The notes below the pieces were generated by a model. That model was not told where the DNA came from and searched no databases. It worked only from the letters and a program-made list of their open reading frames with translations. DNA of 64,000 nucleotides, taken from the NCBI GenBank assembly GCA_947589675.1, contig CANQCI010000001.1:7156-71155 (forward strand), in the 5' to 3' direction. Made by a program: the position numbers and the translations under genes. This DNA comes from an uncultured Bacilli bacterium. Its GTDB lineage: Bacteria; Bacillota_I; Bacilli_A; RF39; UBA660. This document shows positions 57,921 to 64,000 of the stretch, in pieces; position 1 is the first letter of the stretch; each line of letters starts with the position of its first letter.

Positions 57921-58923
57921 TAGTTTTTTTCTCAAAAATAATTTAATAGTACGTATATATACAGTAGGATTTAATCCAGAAGGGGAATCAATCTTATTTA
58001 CAATAAATGATGGTGATTACATTTTATTTTCGGGATTAATTGATTGCTTCATTCCTGAAAGTAATTATTTATTAAAATTATTTGTTGATTTAAAAATAAA
58101 GAAATTGAATTACTTGTGTATAACTCATCCAGATTTTGATCACTGTATTGGCATTCAAAATATTATTGCAAAAATAGATAAAAATACGAAAATAGTGGTA
58201 CCTAGTAAAATATTTGACTTTATGGATCAATATGATTCACGAGTTAAGGAATCTTTAGAAGTTTTAAGAAAATTATTAAGCATGAACTCAAATAATAAAA
58301 GAAAACCAATTTTTAATACAGTAAGTGATAATTGTGATGTAGTTGATAATTGGAATTTTATTGATAGCCGAGGTAAGATTAGCGAGCTTAAAATTAAGAC
58401 TATCACACCCATCGCAAATATTATTGAACGATATGCATACAAGCAATCTATGCAAGATATTAAAATTGAACATAACTATTTTTCAATCATTAACCTTATT
58501 CAAATTGGTGATGTTAAAATATTATTAACTGGTGATGCAATGAACGATAGCATAAAGGAAGCGTTTAATAATCTTACAAAATTTGGAAGTGAGTTTTTTA
58601 ATTCTAAAATAGATTTTGTAAAAATACCCCACCATACTTCTATTGGTTCAAATTTATTATTGAGTAAAATAAAAGAAAATGAAAAAGGAATTGGGGTTTC
58701 GGTAACAACTGTTTTTAAAAGTAGTAATTTGCCAAACTATGCTTTATTTACAGATTATAATGCTTATTCTGATATTTCTTTTTGTACCTGTTCGGAAAAA
58801 TCAGAAATAGGGAAAAAAGGTATAGTATTATATGAAGCCGATATTACTAGTTCCCAAAAAAGAGTATATCTTGCTGGTGCTGCAGTAAATTTTAAAAATT
58901 ATAAAATGGAAATTATCCATTAA
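57913..58923 (+). CDS. MBL-fold metallo-hydrolase (336 aa)
   Basis: CITHPDFDHCIGI (HxDxDH variant) and later LLTGDA ... KIPHHTS. Confidence 0.55.
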   Translation: MDNSFFLKNNLIVRIYTVGFNPEGESILFTINDGDYILFSGLIDCFIPESNYLLKLFVDLKIKKLNYLCITHPDFDHCIGIQNIIAKIDKNTKIVVPSKIFDFMDQYDSRVKESLEVLRKLLSMNSNNKRKPIFNTVSDNCDVVDNWNFIDSRGKISELKIKTITPIANIIERYAYKQSMQDIKIEHNYFSIINLIQIGDVKILLTGDAMNDSIKEAFNNLTKFGSEFFNSKIDFVKIPHHTSIGSNLLLSKIKENEKGIGVSVTTVFKSSNLPNYALFTDYNAYSDISFCTCSEKSEIGKKGIVLYEADITSSQKRVYLAGAAVNFKNYKMEIIH

Positions 58924-59023
58924 TGTATATGAATTATTACTGTATCAACCCATTATTAAATATAGTCTTTTAATTTACTTTTGATGTTGTTGATGTTATA
59001 CTTTATTTATAGTAGGTGATAAG

Positions 59024-59293
59024 ATGGAAGATAGCGATTTAAAACAATTAGAACAACAAGAAGATATGGTTATAGGTAATTTTGAAATTCCTATCGATAA
59101 AATGACTACAATATCTTTAACTGAAAAAGAAGTAAAACAGGCAAATGCAGCAAAACAAAGATATGATAAAATGGCTGTTGTTCGTGATCAAATGGGAAAA
59201 ACAGCTAAAACTAGTTCTTTGTTATTTGGCTATAATAAAAAAGGAATAAAACTTGCTGATGGTGATTATATAAGTGCCCCAGAATTATCCTAA
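59024..59293 (+). CDS. N-terminal fragment of an interrupted gene (89 aa); an in-frame TAA separates it from 59426-61108
   Basis: Same reading frame as the downstream ORF. The 44 intervening codons are stop-free and protein-like. Confidence 0.4.
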   Translation: MEDSDLKQLEQQEDMVIGNFEIPIDKMTTISLTEKEVKQANAAKQRYDKMAVVRDQMGKTAKTSSLLFGYNKKGIKLADGDYISAPELS

Positions 59294-59425
59294 GCTATTA
59301 TAGAAGCTGTTGCTAATTTAAAAGAAGGTACTAAGGTTGTAAGTCGTAAAGGAAAAACACTTAATCCTGATGATTTATTAGCAACAGTAAAAGAAGCTGC
59401 TGGTGCTATTATTGTAACCGAAAAA

Positions 59426-61108
59426 ATGCCGAATGGTAATCAATATCGTTGGAGTGTTAAAGGAGCCGAAAGTGGACCTACTGTTAGTAAAGGTATTGCA
59501 ATGGTAGGTAATAAAATAGCATTAAAAAACGGCGATTATTTAAGTGCTGATGAAATACTTAAAGCTTTAAGTGATTATGTTATTGTGGAGAAAAAGGATA
59601 AACCAATCCCGCCCATCCCGCCAATTCCTCAACCGCCGTCAGTACCGCCAACACCGCCAGTACCTCCGGTGCCACCAGAACCTCCAGTGTCCATAGAGCC
59701 GCCGGAACCAACAGTCAATACTGTACATACTGTGCGAGTTGTTCGTAAGTATAGAAACCGTTTGTCTGCATGGTTAGCAACTCTTGCTGTTTCATTATTT
59801 TTAATTAGTGGAGTGGGAAAAGCGAGTAGCAAGTCAACTATTGACGTTCCCAAAAATGTAACAGATGAACTAGTACAAATAGTTACAAGTGAAAATTTGG
59901 ACTACGATATTAATAAGATAGACTATGAAGGATTAACTTCTGAGCAAGCTATATTAAAGCAAGTGTTATCACATATGAATATGGGAGATTATGCAAAAGT
60001 AGAAGATGGCGATGTTTTAACAACAATGGGGGACTTAACTGGAACTGCTAAAGAAATGGGTAAAGAGTTTGCTCTAGAAGGAAAACAAGCTGGGGATTAT
60101 GCTATCACAGGTATAGCTGTTGTTCATGATGGTAAAGTAATTGATTATATTGAATCATTTAATTTAGAAGATACCTCAACAAATCTAGGCGATTATGTAA
60201 TGAATGTTTGTAATAAACATGGTTTATCTTTTGGTGATATAAAATTAAATGTTCATATGGGTAGTAATACAGAGGTTACACGTTTAGGTTGGATAGATGG
60301 ATCAGCAATTTTTGAAAATCCCGAATTAACCGAACAAGCTATGCAAGAGATTGTAAATAAAGGATCATCTTATCAAGGAACTATTGAAGATTTTAAAGGG
60401 AATTTTATTACGTTAGATAATGGTGCTACAATTAATATTAGGGATAATATGGGTAATTTATTACAATCGGGTACGCATGTTATTGGTAGTGATGGTGGAG
60501 AATACATTATATCGGATTTATCGATAGAGCAAAAAAGAGATAATAATCCTGAGGCAACTCATCCAATTATGCCGGAAGAAGAAATGTCTGAGAGTACGAA
60601 AATTACTTGGCGTATTCAAGACTGTAAAGTGGCGGTTGCCATTGCCCCTTTAGTGGGAGCTTTAGCTGCATCAGTTGCAACGAAAAAGAAAAATGATGAA
60701 GAAAATAAAAATCCCCAATTTTATAAATTTGAAGATGAACCAGAATATAAAAAATTTCGTGATGATTTTATTCGTAATGGTGAAGAGTATCGTAAAAAGT
60801 CTAGCTTTGGCAAAATGGTAAAACGGATTTTCTATCGTAAAGAAACAGATGTTATGCAAAATCTTACTGAGGAACAAGTACGTGAGTTATATAAAATTAT
60901 ACATAGTTTAAATACTAGTGATTATCATTATCAAAGTACGGATCATATAATAATGCGTGATGGATATATCATCGCCGAAAAAGTTGATGGTACTATTATT
61001 GATATAACGGATACAGTTATGCCATATATAGCTAATATAGGATCAATTAATAGGGTAGATGCAGAAGGTCGATTAGAAGGGGAAGAAGATGGAACTAAAC
61101 ACAGATAA
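59426..61108 (+). CDS. Pro-rich, single-TM surface/secreted-type protein (560 aa, possibly 694 aa with the upstream fragment)
   Basis: PIPPIPPIPQPPSVPPTPPVPPVPPEPPV, then TM LATLAVSLFLISGV, then a large extracytoplasmic domain. The N-terminal motif KIALKNGDYLSADEI repeats the KLADGDYISAPEL of the upstream fragment. Confidence 0.5.
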   Translation: MPNGNQYRWSVKGAESGPTVSKGIAMVGNKIALKNGDYLSADEILKALSDYVIVEKKDKPIPPIPPIPQPPSVPPTPPVPPVPPEPPVSIEPPEPTVNTVHTVRVVRKYRNRLSAWLATLAVSLFLISGVGKASSKSTIDVPKNVTDELVQIVTSENLDYDINKIDYEGLTSEQAILKQVLSHMNMGDYAKVEDGDVLTTMGDLTGTAKEMGKEFALEGKQAGDYAITGIAVVHDGKVIDYIESFNLEDTSTNLGDYVMNVCNKHGLSFGDIKLNVHMGSNTEVTRLGWIDGSAIFENPELTEQAMQEIVNKGSSYQGTIEDFKGNFITLDNGATINIRDNMGNLLQSGTHVIGSDGGEYIISDLSIEQKRDNNPEATHPIMPEEEMSESTKITWRIQDCKVAVAIAPLVGALAASVATKKKNDEENKNPQFYKFEDEPEYKKFRDDFIRNGEEYRKKSSFGKMVKRIFYRKETDVMQNLTEEQVRELYKIIHSLNTSDYHYQSTDHIIMRDGYIIAEKVDGTIIDITDTVMPYIANIGSINRVDAEGRLEGEEDGTKHR

Positions 61109-61382
61109 AGAATTTGATATGTATGTAGAATCATATAAGAAATTGCCTTTAATTGAAAAAAAGAAAATAATTGAAAAAGAATTTAAAGAAATAATAAGTA
61201 CTTTTTATGGTTTAATTAATTGTCATAATGTTAATCCTAAAGTATTATTTAATCGAGAAATATTAGATTTAAACAAAGAAGAGTTTACTGAGGATGATTT
61301 TGCTGAAGCTGTCTTTGTATACATAAATGCAATTAAAGAATTAATTGGTAATTATGTTGACATTGTTGAAAGGAATGAATAA
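61089..61382 (+). CDS. small helical protein (97 aa), paralogue of 45713-46000
   Basis: The C-terminal ...AEAVFVYINAIKELIGNYV aligns with the 45713 ORF. Confidence 0.4.
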   Translation: MELNTDKEFDMYVESYKKLPLIEKKKIIEKEFKEIISTFYGLINCHNVNPKVLFNREILDLNKEEFTEDDFAEAVFVYINAIKELIGNYVDIVERNE

Positions 61383-61383
61383 T

Positions 61384-61632
61384 ATGGAGAAATTACAATT
61401 TGGAGAAACAGCTGTCTTAGAAGATGGTAAAGAATATGTTTGCTTTTGTGAACTAGAAGATAATGGTAATAGTTATGTTTATTTAGTAACAGCTAGTAAG
61501 CCTGTGGAAGTATGTTTTGCCAAGCAAAGATTAGAAAATGATAATCTTGTATTAGATTTGGTTTCTAATCAAAATGAAAAAGAGCATCTTTTAGCCTTAT
61601 TCCAAGAAAAGATGGGAAGTTATATTGGTTAA
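61384..61632 (+). CDS. small DUF1292-like protein (83 aa), paralogue of 44152-44394
   Basis: LEDGKEYVCFCELEDNGNSYVYLVTASKPVEV ... EKEHLLALFQE. AAAGGAA RBS before ATG 61384. Confidence 0.4.
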   Translation: MEKLQFGETAVLEDGKEYVCFCELEDNGNSYVYLVTASKPVEVCFAKQRLENDNLVLDLVSNQNEKEHLLALFQEKMGSYIG

Positions 61633-61887
61633 TATATATTTGTAAAATAAAAAATGATATTCAAAAGAAATGAGTATCAGTTTTTTTATGGAATAAAATA
61701 TCTCATTAATAATACTTTATTTATTATAAAATACATAACCTTTTATGGTTAATTCTTGGGTACTGATTTTTTTTCTTTGTCTAAATTTTGGGGTACAGTT
61801 CATAAAAGAAATTTTAATATTTTAAAGTATTAATTATAAAAGTATGATACAATGATATTATCAATGATTTATTAGGAGTTATGCATT

Positions 61888-62940
61888 ATGAAAGTATTGT
61901 TAAATGTAACCTTGGGTGAAATTGCAAATAAAATTAATAGACAAATTGAAGTAGATGAAAATATAAGTTTAAGAGACTTATGTGAATATATAATTGTTTC
62001 TATGAATGGAAGTAAAATTCCTATTTATGAATTTGTAGATGGTAATATTACATATAATCCTTATTTTATTGAAGAGACTAATAGGGATAAATATATCGAT
62101 AAAATTTTATTTAAAGATTTACATTTAAAAAAAGATAAACAATTTACTTTAGAATATAATTTTGATAAAAATTATTATTTTGAAATAGTAGTTGATGATA
62201 TTTATGAATCACAAGATAAATCAGAATTTAAAGTAATATCTGGAAAAGGCTATGGAATAATAGATAATAAATCGCTATATGATTTAATGGCAATATTTAA
62301 GTATTCAGAAGATAGATTACTAAAAACTGAAAAAGAATATTTAAAAAAAACATTTGATTGTGATGAATGTAATAATAATATAACTAATTATATAGCTGAT
62401 AGAAAAGAAATGTTTTTACCTAAAAGATTTGTTTTTAATGTTTCCCTATATGGTTTTGAAAAAGAAATTAAAAGAAAAATTATTGTAGATAATGATATAT
62501 CAATTAGTGATTTTTGTAAATGTGTGATTGTCGCAATGAATGGTGATTTATCACATTTATATGGGATTAAAATGGGGAAAGAATATTTAAATGAATGGTA
62601 TGATGATTTAGGATTATTTTACCTTAATTTAAAAGAAAAACAAAAATTAAAAATTATTTATGATTGGGGTGATAATTGGTTATTTAATTTAACATTAAGT
62701 AAGATAATCCCAATCGATGATTATGGCGATGAGGATTTTCAAGTAATATCTGGCAAAGGCTATGGAATAATTGATGATGCTGGAGGAGTATGGAGACTTC
62801 GAGATATATTTGATGGTACAGATACTAGTTGGGGTATTTACGATATTAATGATTTTGATTTAAATGAATGCAATGAAAATATAAGAAAATATGCCGTAAG
62901 AAGTAGTATAAAATACAATAGAATAAATCCATCTAATTAA
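61888..62940 (+). CDS. hypothetical protein built from two tandem copies of a ~170-aa domain (possibly pRiA4b ORF3-like)
   Basis: The repeat units share ...I.VD.NIS..D.C..I.V.MNG ... and F[KQ]VISGKGYGIID. Confidence 0.45.
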   Translation: MKVLLNVTLGEIANKINRQIEVDENISLRDLCEYIIVSMNGSKIPIYEFVDGNITYNPYFIEETNRDKYIDKILFKDLHLKKDKQFTLEYNFDKNYYFEIVVDDIYESQDKSEFKVISGKGYGIIDNKSLYDLMAIFKYSEDRLLKTEKEYLKKTFDCDECNNNITNYIADRKEMFLPKRFVFNVSLYGFEKEIKRKIIVDNDISISDFCKCVIVAMNGDLSHLYGIKMGKEYLNEWYDDLGLFYLNLKEKQKLKIIYDWGDNWLFNLTLSKIIPIDDYGDEDFQVISGKGYGIIDDAGGVWRLRDIFDGTDTSWGIYDINDFDLNECNENIRKYAVRSSIKYNRINPSN

Positions 62941-62963
62941 GTTTGATAAACTAAATATAAATT

Positions 62964-63389
62964 ATGAAAGTGAGTGAAGTTAAAATGAAAGTAAATTTAG
63001 ATAATGTTATAAGTATGTTAGAATTAGTGAATATTGCAGATGCCCTAGCATATTTCAATAAAAAAACAAAGAGATTTAGTCATATAAGTAAATACTCAGA
63101 TATGACTGACGATGAAAAAGCAAAGATGTTGGAGAATTGTATAGAACTTCCTACTAAAAAGGATATTGATGAAGAACATGGTATGGTGGAAGACTTTATA
63201 AAGGGGATAAAAGATGTTGAGCTTTATAATCAATTACAAGCTACCCTTAATGAGCAGGAGGCTTTTAGAAGATTCAAAACCACATGTATTAATTTAGGGA
63301 TATTTGGAGATTGGTATGGGTTTAGAGAAAAAAAGTATAAAGAAATTGCCATCGAATGGTGTAATAAAAATAATATTAAATTTGCATAG
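62964..63389 (+). CDS. UPF0158-family protein
   Basis: ...EQEAFRRFKTTCINLGIFGDWYGFREKKYKEIAIEWCNKNNIKF matches the conserved C-terminal signature of UPF0158. Confidence 0.5.
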   Translation: MKVSEVKMKVNLDNVISMLELVNIADALAYFNKKTKRFSHISKYSDMTDDEKAKMLENCIELPTKKDIDEEHGMVEDFIKGIKDVELYNQLQATLNEQEAFRRFKTTCINLGIFGDWYGFREKKYKEIAIEWCNKNNIKFA

Positions 63390-63439
63390 GGGTTTTTAAA
63401 ATAAAGAAATATTAACCTTTAGAATTTTTAGGAGATGTT

Positions 63440-64000
63440 ATGTATAACGAAGATTTATATGATTTATTAGATGAATTATGGGATAAAAGTTCAAAAGAAA
63501 AAATTAAAGAATTTTTATTTAGGATAATTGAAAAATTATCAGATAAGCAAAACAAGGAAGTAATAGAACTTATTAACGAGGTCTTTAAAGATGAAATAAA
63601 GACTATTAATTTAGGGGATTTAGATCAAATAATCGAGGAGATTGAAGAGCAGTTTGATTTAATTGATGGTGGTATATTGCAATTTCATGGTGAAGCTGAT
63701 GATTACTTTTATGATGATTATGAACTTAGCTATGATGATCCAGAAAATATCAGTGGTACAATCTTAAATGCTTATAACTTAGCTTCTATTTTAATTGCCA
63801 AAAAGGATTATAGGAATGCTAAAAGACTTCTTGATTTAATTGTTTTTACTAATTATTCTATTTTAGAAGATGATACAGATGATATTTTGGATTATGAAAT
63901 AGATGACATTGAATCTTATGGATTAGTTGATATAGATTTAAATAAAATATGTTTAACTTTATTATTTATTACTATATTAATTGGTGATAATAAATTTGAA
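63440..64000 (+). CDS. hypothetical acidic protein, 3' end outside the window
   Basis: ATG 63440 after a GGAGATG RBS. The reading frame stays open to the window edge. Confidence 0.4.
   Translation, partial: MYNEDLYDLLDELWDKSSKEKIKEFLFRIIEKLSDKQNKEVIELINEVFKDEIKTINLGDLDQIIEEIEEQFDLIDGGILQFHGEADDYFYDDYELSYDDPENISGTILNAYNLASILIAKKDYRNAKRLLDLIVFTNYSILEDDTDDILDYEIDDIESYGLVDIDLNKICLTLLFITILIGDNKFE

Overview
This is a very AT-rich (~25-28% GC) low-GC Firmicute window read with the standard genetic code; the long ORFs contain no internal TGA, so it is not a Mycoplasma-type code. The organism makes peptidoglycan (three FemAB paralogues, an M23 peptidase, a cell-wall amidase) and carries sporulation/germination-type genes (GerQ-like, CwlD-like, WhiA, YetF, SpoVB/MurJ-like flippase). 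The first ~30 kb is mostly housekeeping. It contains ung; a femAB-flippase-femAB cell-wall cluster; an AT-rich ABC/FtsX-like transporter islet; ftsE-ftsX-M23 peptidase; yitT-yvcK-whiA-nrdG; and truA ... rplM-rpsI-ybaJ-like-rluA-cwlD, which preserves the Bacillus order but carries an insertion. From ~28 kb to the end the window has the character of an accessory or defence island. It holds an Abi_2 abortive-infection gene; a complete four-gene Wadjet system, jetABCD (48.5-56.4 kb; the JetA signature is recognisable from motifs, the JetB assignment rests on size and position); and several tightly packed operons of unknown proteins that carry nuclease-type domains. The best candidates for an undescribed system are: (i) a minus-strand four-gene operon (38.6-43.9 kb) encoding a KOW-domain protein, two unknowns, one with a C-terminal HTH, and a 952-aa protein that fuses an MBL/beta-CASP domain to a PD-(D/E)xK-like nuclease; (ii) a three-gene operon directly upstream of Wadjet (46.3-48.4 kb) ending in an Mrr-like restriction-endonuclease-fold protein, preceded by a ~196-bp MITE-like element with 16-bp terminal inverted repeats and a 7-bp direct repeat; (iii) a three-gene operon downstream of Wadjet (56.9-58.9 kb) ending in an MBL-fold hydrolase; (iv) a SWIM-zinc-finger cluster (35.4-38.5 kb) with a shared N-terminal module; (v) two paralogous small-protein/large-protein modules (44.1-46.0 and 59.0-61.6 kb). 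Two genes are interrupted, one by a homopolymer frameshift and one by a single in-frame TAA. No rRNA, tRNA, CRISPR array, integrase or transposase gene was detected. All protein calls rest on motif recognition by eye, with no database search.
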